Assembly: GCF_006345805.1 (NCBI RefSeq)
Contig: NC_042999.1
Coordinates: forward strand, 61,814,001 to 61,878,000
Direction of reading: 5' to 3'
Length of the DNA: 64,000 nt
Origin: Octopus sinensis
Lineage: Eukaryota
Position numbers and translations under genes: made by a program. This document shows positions 12,824 through 24,770 of this stretch, in pieces. The notes under the pieces are model-generated. The model had not been told where the DNA came from. It worked only from the letters and a program-made list of their open reading frames with translations, and ran no database searches. Position 1 is the first letter of the stretch. The number at the start of each line of letters is the position of its first letter.

Positions 12824-13191
12824 GGAGTGGCTGTGTGGTAAGTAGCTTGCTTATCAACCACATGGTTCCGGGTTCAGTCCAACTGCGTGGAACCTTGGGC
12901 CGACCGAAGCCTTGTGAGTGGATTTGGTAGATGGAAACTGAAAGAAGCCGTCGTATATATGCATATATATATGTGTAAGTGTGTGTCTGTGTGTGTGTCT
13001 GTGTTTCTCCACCCAATATCGCTTGACAACCGATGCTGGTGTGTTTACGTCCCCGTAACTTAGCGGTTCGGCAAAAGAGACCGATAGAATAAGTACTAGG
13101 CTTACAAAGAATAAGTCCTAGGGTCGATTTGCTCGACTAAAGGTGGTGCTCCAGCGTGGCCGCAGTCAAACAAGTAAAAAAGTAAAAGAGT
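12818..13191 (+). mobile_element. tRNA/CORE-like SINE family B with internal microsatellite
   Basis: Head gagtggctgtgtggtaagtagcttgc, B-box gggttcagtcc, CORE-like ccttgggcaagtgtctt (deleted in this copy, present in others), internal (AT)(GT) tract, tail gtgctccagcatggccgcagtcaaatgactgaaacaagtaaaagag. Confidence 0.85.
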
Positions 13192-13201
13192 GTATATATA
13201 T

Positions 13202-13237
<36 letters not shown>

Positions 13238-14031
13238 CCTAAATATACACTCACATTTTTCACTCTCATAATGCGTATATTTCCATGCTACTCTACTTAT
13301 AAACCTCCACATATGTTCCTATATGAACACTTTTTTTCTATGTTTATATCCATTCATTTAGAATTTTGAGTTTATACTAAAAAAAAGAAATATAATACCT
13401 ACTTAGTTCAATATATCGTGGTATGTCCATTCGCATAAAATAACGTTGCTATGCATGCAATATCCATTCTATAACCAAGTATACATATATTCTTTTCCTA
13501 ACTTGAGCTTCTTTCTTTTTGATCTACCACACAGATCACACGCATTCTTCTCTGTCCTCTCGCCTATCTCTTTTCTCTTGTCAAAGCATGTTCTTCCAGC
13601 GTTCGCCACCTCACCTCGTTATGGTTTAGCAGCCCTTACTGTTTGTTTTCACTGTCCTGTTTTTGTTACCAACTTTGACCCAAATTTTATTTTGCTTTGC
13701 AGCAAGTTTTCTCGAAGACACATCTTGTCGTAATTGCTCGAAATGTGGAGGAGTAGTTAAAACAGCCGACAACTGAACAATGTAGTCAGCCAAAGAACAA
13801 TTTTTTGTTGTAAGAATTCAGATGAATATGGTACTTAAGTTAAAGGCGCCTGTTGGCAAATGAAATAGGGATAAGAATGTGCATTGTCCGTTTAATTGGA
13901 AAATTCTATAAGTGGCTGAAGATTGCTCGACATTTTAGAACTGATGTAATACCTACAGTGTTTTATAAAATGAAGTAGCATGAAACAATTGTACTACTCT
14001 GCCTTAGATATACTTGTTGCATATTTTGATT

Positions 14032-14094
<63 letters not shown>

Positions 14095-14840
14095 CAACAA
14101 AAATTGTTCTCTCGCTGTCTACATTATCTCAAAGATCAAAGTTTCTCAACCATTTTTTACCCTATGGACTCGTTTGATTCCTGTTTCTCTCGATTGGTCC
14201 TACGTAGCCATTGGCTGTATATAAAATATATCTTAGTGTATTTTCATAATTAAATATCATAAGAAAATGTACAATAAAAATATTAAAATATTTTGTGATA
14301 TTCTAGTGGTATAATTAATTCATTGCACATAAATTTAACAACAAAATTTATTATGAAACCCAAAGAACTATATGTGTTCCCAAGAGCCATAAGGACCCCA
14401 GTTGAAAACCTCTGTCCTAGATTTAAGCTTAGCCATACTTATGCCACTATATTACTCCCTCACGTCACTCCATTCTGTTAACAACCAAATACTTCTCTAT
14501 TATTTTCTTTTAGCATTTAATAAAAAAAAATTATTTTCTGTTTCCTTTATGAATTTCCCTCTATATCAGCGTGGCTGTACGGTAAAAAAGCTTGCTTTCC
14601 AACCAAAGGATTCCGAGTTCTGTCCCACTGCGTGGAAGATTCGGCAATTATCTCTTCTACTACAGTCTCGGGCCAATCAAAGTCTAAATGCTTAACCAAA
14701 TGAAATAAAAAATCGATTAGTTAGTTGGATATTTAACGAAATGACTATAATTAAGAAGTGGAATTGAACCAGTGCGTGTGTTAATAATATTGGCATAACG
14801 ACCCTCCCTAGACACAGCAAAATATTTTATAGCACGTGTT

Positions 14841-15004
14841 AAGTAGCTTGCTTACGAACTACATGGTTCCGGGTTCAGTCACACTGCGTGGCACCTTGGG
14901 TATGTGTCTTCTACTATAGCCTCGGGCCGACCAAACCCTTGTGAGTGGATTTGGTAGGCGGAAACTGAAAGAAGCCCGTCGCAATATATGCTTATATATA
15001 TATA

Positions 15005-15037
<33 letters not shown>

Positions 15038-15039
15038 CA

Positions 15040-15070
<31 letters not shown>

Positions 15071-15308
15071 TGTGTGTGTATGTGTGTGTGTGTGTCTGTA
15101 TTTGTCACCCCAACATCGCCTGACAACCGATGCTGGTGTGTTTACGTCCCCGTAACTTAGCGGTTCGGCAAAAAAAGACCGATATAATAAGTAGTAGGAT
15201 AACAAAGAATAAATCCTGGGGTCGATGTGCTCGACTAAAGGCGGTGCTTCAACATGGCCACAGTCAAAAATGACTGAAACAAGCAAAAGAGTAAAGAGTA
15301 TAAAGAGT
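14841..15308 (+). mobile_element. SINE family B
   Basis: Colinear match to other family B copies. Confidence 0.85.
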
Positions 15309-15662
15309 CTTGCAAATTTGATACATAAATGATATATATATGTATATACCAAATCATTTGTGAAATAAGTTTCTGCTAACTACTTTTGCTGATTCAATCT
15401 CGCCGTCTGCTTCTCGAAGTAGATTTAAATATTATCTGCTGGTTTATGTTAGTATCTTTCTCAATTCACTTTAGCGACCAGATTCCTTTCTGTCGAGCAT
15501 TTTCTATTTCTTTTCACTTAAATCTATTACGTGTGGCCAATTCCTACTAAACACCCATAGCTTTTATACAGACACACACATACATATAATACGGTGTAGG
15601 AACGCATATGTGTGGTCTGTGTGTACGTGTATATTTATGTACAGATATACACATACACATAC

Positions 15663-15717
<55 letters not shown>

Positions 15718-15722
15718 ATATA

Positions 15723-15766
<44 letters not shown>

Positions 15767-15917
15767 TATATATAATATATATAAACACGTAAGCGTCTCT
15801 AAATACATTTGAGTATCTGTTCACATGCCTATATATGTATATGTTTGTGCATGTATTTATGCATATACATAGATATGTATGTCTGTGTATATATATACGT
15901 ATATATAATAGACATAA

Positions 15918-15984
<67 letters not shown>

Positions 15985-15990
15985 ATATAT

Positions 15991-16060
<70 letters not shown>

Positions 16061-16719
16061 TACTTTTACTGTGTCTATCTGTTGTACTCGTGTATATAAA
16101 AGTTTGCGGCGTGCACACAACAGACGTTTCCATTTCTTCTATCAGCGTATCATTTCCACACCAATTAAATGTCCTTAAAGTTTACTAGTATAATTTACAA
16201 CTTGAGAATTTTGTATTTGTTATTACACGGAACGAATCTCTCTCGGTGGCTGTCTCTGTAAAGTGAAGATTTATGTGTATGATTCATTGCAGTTGTACAC
16301 GTTAATAGTTCTATGTGAGTATAAAGTGTTGTTTAAGTGTGTTAGAAGCTAACCAAATACAGAGAAGTTTCGTTTTAAATGGAGATTCTCCCCCAAGGCT
16401 AATCTTTAAAGTATGCACTATCAGCGGAATGGGCATATCCAATTAATGCGGTTAGCACAATTACAATTGTTGACATCCCTCAGGCTTCTGAAGTTACATT
16501 GATAATGTTGTTGCTTGCTCTTGCTTTTCTTCATGTTATAGTTGTTGCTGTTGCTGCTGCTGATACTATTGTTGTTGTTGTTGTTCTCTTTTTCTTGTTG
16601 TCTATTTGTTAATATTATTGCTATTTCTGTTATCAATTTGGTCATGGTTGTTATTTTTCTTTTTCTTTTTTTGTACTGTTATGCCGTGGTCGTCACAGTT
16701 AAAACTGTTATGTCATTTT

Positions 16720-16724
<5 letters not shown>

Positions 16725-16796
<72 letters not shown>

Positions 16797-16830
16797 GGTT
16801 GTGGTGGTGGTGGTGGTGGTGGTGGTGGTG

Positions 16831-16883
<53 letters not shown>

Positions 16884-17120
16884 TTAAATAATAATAATGA
16901 TAATAAAGATGATGATAATTATAGTGGTGGTGGTGGTGATGGTGGTGGTGGTGGTGGTAGTAGTAGAAGTAGTAGCAGTAATCTTGGTTGTGGTGGTCGT
17001 GGTAGTGGTGGTCGTCGTGGTGGTCGTGGTCGTCGTCGTGGTCGTCGTCGTCGTCGTGGTGTTGGTGCCGGTGGTGCCGGTGGTGGTGCCGGTGGAGGTG
17101 CCGGTGGCGGCGGCGGCGGC
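16725..17120. repeat. Compound CAG/TAG/TGG/TCG/CGG trinucleotide repeat
   Basis: Direct reading; successive changes of triplet motif. Confidence 0.9.
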
Positions 17121-17734
17121 GTCAGCTTTGTTTGGTTTCCTGATGCTCTTAATTACCATTCTCCTAATTTCGGCTGATAACGTTGCCAATGCCTCTGGTG
17201 AATGGAGAATGTTAGTTTTGATGTGAACGTGATAGTGGTGGAGAGGAGTTAAGAAGGTGACGATCATAGCCACTGCCACCTCCGTCAACGTACACTATCA
17301 TCATAATTATCCGCCATTATCATTATTACCGTACGACGCCGGTAGGTTCTTGTTTGGTAGAAATTACAGCCTGGTTTCCATTCTCTTTACTCTAGTAAAG
17401 GCTCCATTTACCGAACTGAAGATAAAGCTAAGTAGAAAGACTCAGGATACATAAAACCACGCATCTCTCTGCTCTGTTCTGTTTTCTTCTTTCTTTCTTT
17501 TTCTCTTTTCTTTTTCTGCTGTTCAAACTTCCAGAATTCATGCTCTATGTATTATCAAAATATCAACCTCCTTCTTTCCCTCCTCTCATCCCTCTCATCA
17601 CCCTTTCCACCACTACGCCTCATCTGAAAAATCGCCCTCATTATTCTCATCATCATTGACCTTATCGTTAACCTCCTTATTACCAGCTGCAACGGTATCA
17701 TCACCATCATCAGCATAGTCATCATCATCAGCGA

Positions 17735-18530
17735 GATGGCAGAATCATGAGCACGCCGGGTAAAATGCTTACCGGCATTTCGTCCGTTTTTACGTTCTGA
17801 GTTCAAATTCCGCCAAGGTCTATAAATTAAGTACCAGCAAAAACTGGGGTCGATATATTCGACTAGTCCCCTCCCCCAAAATTTCAGGCCTTGTGCCTTT
17901 AGTAGAAAGGATTATTATTGTTAAAGCGGCTACCTGGCAGAAACGTTAGCACGCCGGGCGAAATGCGTAGCCGTATTTCGTCTGCCGTTACGTTCTGAGT
18001 TCAAATTCCGCCGAGGTCGACTTTGCCTTTCATCCTTTTGGGGTCGATAAATTAAGTACCAGGTACGCACTGGGGTCAATGTAATCGACTCAGTTCGTTT
18101 GTCTGTCCTTGTTTGTCGTCTATGTGTTTAGCCACTTGTGGGTAGTAAAGAAATAGGTATTTCGTCTGCCGCTACGTTCTGAGTTCAAATTCTGCCGATG
18201 TTGACTTCGTCTTTCATCCTTTCAGGGTCGATAAATTAAGTACCAGTTGAGTACTGGGGTCGATTTAATCGACTAGTTCCCTCCCACAAAATGTCCGGCC
18301 TTACACCTTCAGTAGAAAAGATTATTAAGGTGGTGAACAGCACCCTAGACAAAATAATTAACTGCATCTCTTCCGCTTTATAATCTGATTTCAAATTCCG
18401 CAGTGGTCGATTTTGCCTTTCATACCATCGGGGTCAATGAAACGAGTACCAGTTAAGTCCGATGTAACAGATTACACCTTTCCTTCAAAATATCAGCTTT
18501 GTGCCTATAGGAGAAAGGGATTAAGGATTA
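17735..18530 (+). mobile_element. Tandem SINE family A copies
   Basis: Heads at ~17735 and ~17925; a head-less body joined at aaagaaatag|gtatttcgtctg ~18155. Confidence 0.85.
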
Positions 18531-19660
18531 AAGCGGCAAGGGGAGGAGGAGTTGTTATTGCAGTAACAATCGAAGCTCTCTGTACTTTCAGTGGCAAGAT
18601 GTAGGTGAGTTTGTGATAAATCAGTTTTGTTTTATTTTAGTTATTTATTCCTTTCTAGAGTCGGAGATAATACTTCATGACCTCAACGTAGCTTAACTTA
18701 GTTGTTTCACAAAGTTGTGATCTAATATAAGATGACAAATTAATTCTGCATACTATATCCGCTAGAAATCTACACACAAACCTTCCTTAAAATATACTGT
18801 AGCGTTTTTCACATCAGATCATGTATTCAAGATTAATTATGCCTGAAATACCGTGGAAATGTCTTTCATCAACAGCCTGCTCAATTATGATTGACCTGGG
18901 GCTAAATAAACAAGATGAATGAAAGCCACACATTGTATAGTATAGTCCTAGATGCATTATGTCTGAAAAACGACGCAGATGTTATGGCTTGTTCACCTTT
19001 GATCTTAAGTCTGTCGATCAAGTTTGACGTTAGAAAATGTTGCCTGAGATTCATTATGTTGGACAAAAAAGTTCGCAGTTGTGGCTTTAATCATACGTCT
19101 GCTCGATCAGACCCTAGGTTAAACAACAATAACTACAACAAAAACAACAGCAGCAACAACAACAGTGATAATAACTAGGAAGGCATTTTAAGTGTTTCTA
19201 CGTTTGTGTCGGAAAAAAGAGATAATGATCGTGCCTTGAGCGTCATAATTCTGTTTGATCCTTACTGACCTGGTGTTAAACAACAACCACAAGTGCCTTC
19301 TTGTGAATACAATAACAGGCAAATATAAATGTAATGAGTTACGTGAAAATTTGTGTCAAGCCTCCTAAATGTCTTTCAAGGAAAGTTATTTAAATTTAAA
19401 TTCAATAATCTATAAGCGACTGAAGGGCGCAGTACTCCCGCTTTGAGTAGGAGACCATTCCATTGCAGGATTAGCCTCATTTGCTGAGACTCAATCTCAG
19501 CTTAATGGACTGGAGTAATGTAAATTTAATTGTTTTACTCAACAACGCAAGACTTTGCTCGGTCTGTGAATTGAAATCACGACCTCGCGATCATGACTCA
19601 AACACCTCTAATCACAAGGTCACGCGGTTTAACAAGCTACAAGGTTTTCTCTCTTATGCC

Positions 19661-20063
19661 CTTTTATTTGTTTCAGTCATTTGACTGTGGCCATGCTGGA
19701 GCACCGCCTTTAGTCGAGCAAATCGACCCCAGCACTTATTCTTTGTAATCCTAGTACTTATTGTATCGGTTTCTTTTGCCGAAATACTAAGTTACGGGGA
19801 CGTAAACACACCAGCATCGGTTATCAAGCGATGTTGGGGGGGGAACAAACACAGACACACAAACATATACACATGCATGCATTATATATATGTGTATATA
19901 TATATATATATAAACATATATACGATGGGCTTCTTTCAGTTTCCGTCAACCAAATCAACTCAAAAGGCTTTGGTCGGCACGAGGCAATAGTAGAAGACAT
20001 TTGTCCAAGGTGCCACGCAGTGGGACTGAACCCGGAACCATGTGGTTCGTAAGCAAGCTACTT
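19661..20063 (-). mobile_element. SINE family B body, split from its 5' head by the two ORF1-only insertions
   Basis: Reads ...accatgtggttcgtaagcaagctactt and stops; the missing accacacagccac reappears at 24393-24405. Confidence 0.9.
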
Positions 20064-22389
20064 TATTTCATAACATTTGCCATAAAGGCAGTACATAGAG
20101 TAAGTTAGCTTTGCGGGCTGGACGAGGACATTAATGAAATGAATGATAATGAAAGAAAGATGATGGGGATGGGAGAAGACAAGAAGCGCTCGCGACTTCT
20201 GCTTCTCTAAAACATTGTTCTTTTAAAAACAAACACAAAACGAGGTATTAAACCTCTTACAATTTTTACAACTTTTCAATTTTTGGACTTAACAGTCCAT
20301 TACTAACAACAATATAGTTCAATAATTACATATGATATAAATACAATACACAAAGCCCCTCCTCCCAGACCTGGCTTAGACTTCCCTTAGGAATGCGCCA
20401 GCTCTAGGTCGGGGCCCCTCAAGTCGTATCACAATTTATGACTCGTCCTCAAAATAACTTGTGCCCGCATCCTCCACCATCCACCACGCCTCCCTCAGAA
20501 TGTAATCGAGTTCCGAGTTAGCGTCGCCCGCGACCAAGCTATAATGCTCATTGAGCTCCTTCAGCCCAAGCGTCACGTCGAACGCCACGGCCTCCACAGC
20601 TACCTGCGGTGGCCATTCAGGGTCCTGTGTGAAGGCTAAAGGTGCTCCCTTGTGGTGCTTTTCCATCACCTTTTCAATCTCTCCGCCTCTATGGAAGAGG
20701 ATCAATACATCGTTTTTGCTCGGGTGCGGGATATTCAATTCTTTCGTTGGCGGCACAGTTCCCGCCAACGGTGTTTCTTCTCCTGTCGGGGGCACAACCC
20801 CAACCGACGCAGTTCCGGGACATTCAGGTACTATGTCACCGACTGCCGGTAATGTCCCGTTTCTCTTCTTTTTCTTTTCTTTCTTTTCAACTGAGCGAGG
20901 GTGCGTCTCCTCTGTAGCCGGAAGATTCGCCTTTCCCTCCTCATCCCTAGTATCATTTGGTGAGCACCCATTGTTGCTCACCTTCCTCTTTCGGCCTCTG
21001 TTTGAGGAGTCCTCCGCTTCCTCGGCCGTTTTCATTCCCTCTTCTACAGGGGTTTCACTTAACTGTTCCGAGATCCTATTTTGTTCCCGGGGACAGTTCT
21101 TCTTTATATGGCCGGACTCCAAGAACCGATGACACTTAGGGGTGGCGACCCTCAAGCATCACCGGGTACCTGCACCCGGCCATTTTAAAAAAATCTGGAA
21201 GAACCAGATTGGTTGATTGGGTCCAAAGGGTCAAAATTGCTTTTGACCCAACCCAAGCAGCCGCAGGAAGAACTTTCACATTAAGGAGCTTAGTTTCGCT
21301 GCTACCCAGACCTCGGCGGATAGTCTCCTCTATCCACTCGGGTTTTATCCCGGGTGGCAGCCCGCAAATCCATGCTTTCGTCAGTCTCTTTTTTTGGTAC
21401 GTGGGCAGGAATAAAATTTCCTTACCCTCCAGGGGTTTACTAGCAAATTTGCAAGCCTCTTCAGGGGTGTCAAATAGCAACCACACCGTTGCATATTTGA
21501 CACCCCTGGAAATGAATTTAATTGTTGGCAAATACTCTGCCAACTCCTTTTCAATTGCCGTCTTTTCGAATAGGGCGATGGTGTCGAGTGCCTTGGAGTA
21601 GGTTCTCAACACCAACGTCCTATCTTCACGGTCTTTTAACCACTTTTTAGGCGGTATGATCTCCCATTCCAAAATTTTGTCATTTTTCATTGCCATGTTT
21701 TTTTTTAAATATATTCAAATTAAACTTAAAAAGCGAGAAGAAAAAAAGTTCAAAAGTCCAAATAAAATTTGATAGATTTTTGAAAAAAAAAGGGGAAAGC
21801 ACAACAGAAGGGAAGAAATCAACGGAAAGTCGCAATAAACAAAAAAAAATAAAAGGGGGAGTTAAATGAAGTTCAGAAGAAAGTTAATAAACAGAAAAAC
21901 ACAACAAAAATCTTCTGGCCTTACGGTACTCCCGGCCTGAGTTGAACCTGGAACGCCGCAACTGGAACACAACCTCCACAAAAATGGGTCCAAAAGGTAA
22001 TCCAAAAGTGGTTTATTCTTATAATTTTCTTGCGAAATACTCCGACAAAGGAATAAATTCAACAAACCCAACCACAGCACTGGCCACCGCCAACGGTAAT
22101 TTTAACAGTAACTGTATTGGGTTCCGAGGATACGCCCCTCCACTGTTTTTTTTTTCAATAAACACAAAAACAGCAGCCGCCGAGAGCAGGCGTAATTTTC
22201 TCAGAGTTGGACACAACTTACTGAAATAATAATTAGCACGCAATAAATTAAGCCCAACTCACAATAAACAAAATCACTCACCTCGACAACTTTCTGTTTT
22301 TGGTCTTTTTTCTATAATTGGACGGAGCTCGTTAACTCACGTCCACTCTGGCTCAACAGGAAGCAACTGACTAACTGCGCATGTGTGTT
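20064..22389 (-). mobile_element. ORF1-only non-autonomous non-LTR retroelement, copy 1 (Tx1/L1-like gag, no RT)
   Basis: Bounded by agcaagctactt at 20052-20063 and 22390-22401. 3' end ...gttatgaaata; T-rich 5' UTR; single gag-like frame; no room for ORF2. Confidence 0.8.
20436..21696 (-). CDS. Gag/ORF1-like protein (RRM-like region, degenerate zinc knuckle, basic linker, unknown C-terminal domain) in two frames joined by a +1 shift at ~21140
   Basis: ORFs 21136-21696 and 20436-21155. WICGLPPGIKPEWIEETI...LPDFFKMAGCRYPVMLEGRHP / KCHRFLESGHIKKNCP fits Tx1/L1-type ORF1 architecture. Clear homology to 22613-23814. Confidence 0.7.
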
Positions 22390-22401
22390 AGCAAGCTACT
22401 T

Positions 22402-24381
22402 TATTTCATAAGATTTGCCACTAGAGCAGTACATAGAATAGCTGCGGGCTGGACAAAAAACATTAATGAATGATGGTGATGGACGAAGATGGTGATGGGA
22501 GAAGACAAGAGCGCCCGCCGACCCTCGCTTCTCTAAGACATTGTTCCTTTTTTTTTTAATTTCACAAAATTTTCAAATTTTCTTTTTCAATTCAATATAA
22601 TGTTCAATAAGTCTATGTTACCCGGCCGACCAGCGCTCTTGCCTCAACGAAGCAATCATCGCTGGTCAGGTCGTGGTCTAGAGGTATAATTTGAAATGTG
22701 TCCATCGGGAAGGAATGCGTGATCCTTCCCAGATTACCCCTCCCTATGACCTCCGCAGCCAGCTGCGAAGGCCACTCGGGGTCCTCCGTGCAGGACCGAA
22801 GTCCCTCCCAATGGCCCCGCTTTCTCATTTTACTCATCTCACCTTCCACTGTTCCACCTTTAAAAAAGAGGACCACAAATTGTTCCACAAGTTGTTCCTC
22901 AGGCGGAACACCCGCCTGAGAAGACTTGGGAGACGCCGTCTGCGTATCACAATCCGCCGGCGGCGTCCCGTTTCTCCTCTTCCTTTTCTTCTTTTTACCT
23001 TGGGCTGCGGGAGGTTGAGGTTGAGGTATTGCACACAACGGGTTCTCTTCTTCTCCCGCAGCTTCCGGGTCTTTTGGTGGGTCGCCATTGCTCCCCACTT
23101 TTCTCTTTCTCGTTGAAGAAGTCGTCGCTTCCCCGCTCTGTTTCTCTCCCTCCATGGCGGGGCGGCAGGGAGAGGCTCCGATATCAACTGCTCCAGGATC
23201 CTACTTTGGTCCCTGGGGCATTTTTTTTAATATGGCCGGTCTCCAGGAACAGGTGACACTTGGGGGGGGCGTCCCTCAAGCATCACCGGATACCTGTACC
23301 CGGCCATCCTCAAGAAGTCCGGCAAAACCAGACTTTTGGCTGATTGGGTCCATAGGGTCAAAGTAGCTTTTGACCCCTCCCAATCAGCCGCAGGCTGTAC
23401 TCTTACGTTTAGGAGCTTGGCGCTGCTACCACCCAGACCCCGGCGTATAGAGTCCTCTATCCACTCGGGTTCAACGCCGAGTGGTAAGCCGCAGATCCAA
23501 GCTCTCAACAATTTTTGTCATTTGTAATTAGGGAGGAATAATATCTCCTTGCCCTCAATGGGCTTGCTTGCAAAGTCGCAAGCTGCTTTAGGGGAGTCAA
23601 ACAGCAACCAAACCGTTGCGTATTTGACTCCCCGTGCGATGTATTTAACGGCTGGCATATAGTCTGCCAGCTCGTTAACAATAGTGGCCTTTGGAAAGAC
23701 AGCTATGGTGTTGAGCGACTTTGAATAAGTCCTCAACACCACGGTCTTGTCCTCTAGCTCTTTCAGATATCCTTTGGGAGGTGTCAACTCCCATATGGTG
23801 AACTCCTTTGCCATAACAAAAGTTCAAGAAACAGTTCAACGTGATAAAATAAAATAGACAAAAAAGGAGAATAAAAAACAGAACAGAAGGGAAGAAACAA
23901 AATTCGAAACAGTAGTTCAAAAAAGTTTTTAAAATAAAAGATAGCAGAAGAGAGTTCAAAATCCAGGCAAAGGAATTAATTTTTTTCTTTTTCTTTTTTC
24001 CCCGGCCAAAAAGGTATTCCAGGCCACTGGTAATTCACTTGTGAAAATAATCCCTGGTACTCCGTTGGTAAATCCGAAGACAAAGGCAATTACACACGTT
24101 AATTTTTGAGGTGGGGCTACGCCTCCTCAAAAAAACACAATTCTCACTACAAAGTGAGTCTTTATATTCGACCACAGGCAGAAAAAATGTCTGGAGCAAA
24201 GTGGAGTTTATTACCCGCTAAAAAATATTAAATGCTAAAAAACATTAAATGCAAGCAATAAACTTCACTAAGCTCCTAAAAATACAAAACGCCTACCTGC
24301 AGTCGAGTCAAAAGTTCAACAATTCACGTTGAAACACGTGACAACTGGAGCAGCAAAAAAACACGTCTCAACACGTCAGTG
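22402..24381 (-). mobile_element. ORF1-only non-autonomous retroelement, copy 2 (diverged, more decayed)
   Basis: Bounded by the target repeat at 22390-22401 and gcaagctactt at 24382-24392. Same 3' tail as copy 1. Confidence 0.8.
22613..23814 (-). pseudogene. ORF1-like pseudogene paralogous to 20436-21696
   Basis: RGVKYATVWLLFD, WICGLP, LPDFLRMAGYRYPVMLEGRPP, KCHLFLETGHIKK, DPEWPSQLAAE. In-frame TGA at 23518-23520 and several homopolymer frameshifts. Confidence 0.8.
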
Positions 24382-24405
24382 GCAAGCTACTTACCACACA
24401 GCCAC
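24382..24405 (-). other. Target-site duplicate plus displaced 5' head of the SINE at 19661-20063
   Basis: gcaagctacttaccacacagccac is exactly the continuation seen in intact copies (e.g. 46286-46306, 49577-49598). Confidence 0.85.
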
Positions 24406-24444
24406 AGTGAAGCTTGTAAAAGACAATGTACGGCATGAATGAAC

Positions 24445-24770
24445 TTTACCTTTCATCCTTTCGGGGTCGATTAATTAAGTACCAGTTACGCACTGGGGTC
24501 GATGTAATCGACTTAATCCCTCTGTCTGTTCTTGTTTGTCCCCTCTGAGTTTAGCCCCTTGTGGGTAGTAAAGAAATAGGTATTTCGTCTGCCGTTAAGT
24601 TCTGAGATCAAATTCCGCCGAGGTCGACTTTGCCTCTCATCCTTCCGGAGTCGATTAAATAATTACCAGTTACGCACTGGGGTCGATATAATCGACTTAA
24701 TCTGTTTTTCTGTCCTTGTCTGTCCTCTGTGTGTTTAGCCCCCTATGGGCAGTAAAGAAATAGGTATCAT
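24445..24770 (+). mobile_element. SINE family A, two tandem bodies
   Basis: Repeated ttcatcctttcggggtcga...gtagtaaagaaataggtat. Confidence 0.85.

Noticed and set aside
14830-14850. SINE B apparently starting at the same aagtagcttgc target site
   Set aside because: The upstream bases do not match the ORF1-only element's 3' end; more simply a decayed head.
16542-17288. 211-aa Ser/Gly/Arg-rich ORF and overlapping ORFs
   Set aside because: Compound trinucleotide repeat, open in several frames on both strands; no non-repetitive coding core.
20551-21132. Plus-strand ORFs of 193, 130 and 141 aa over 20.5-23.1 kb, and the 178-aa minus ORF at 54123-54659
   Set aside because: Antisense shadows of GC-richer transposon coding sequence.
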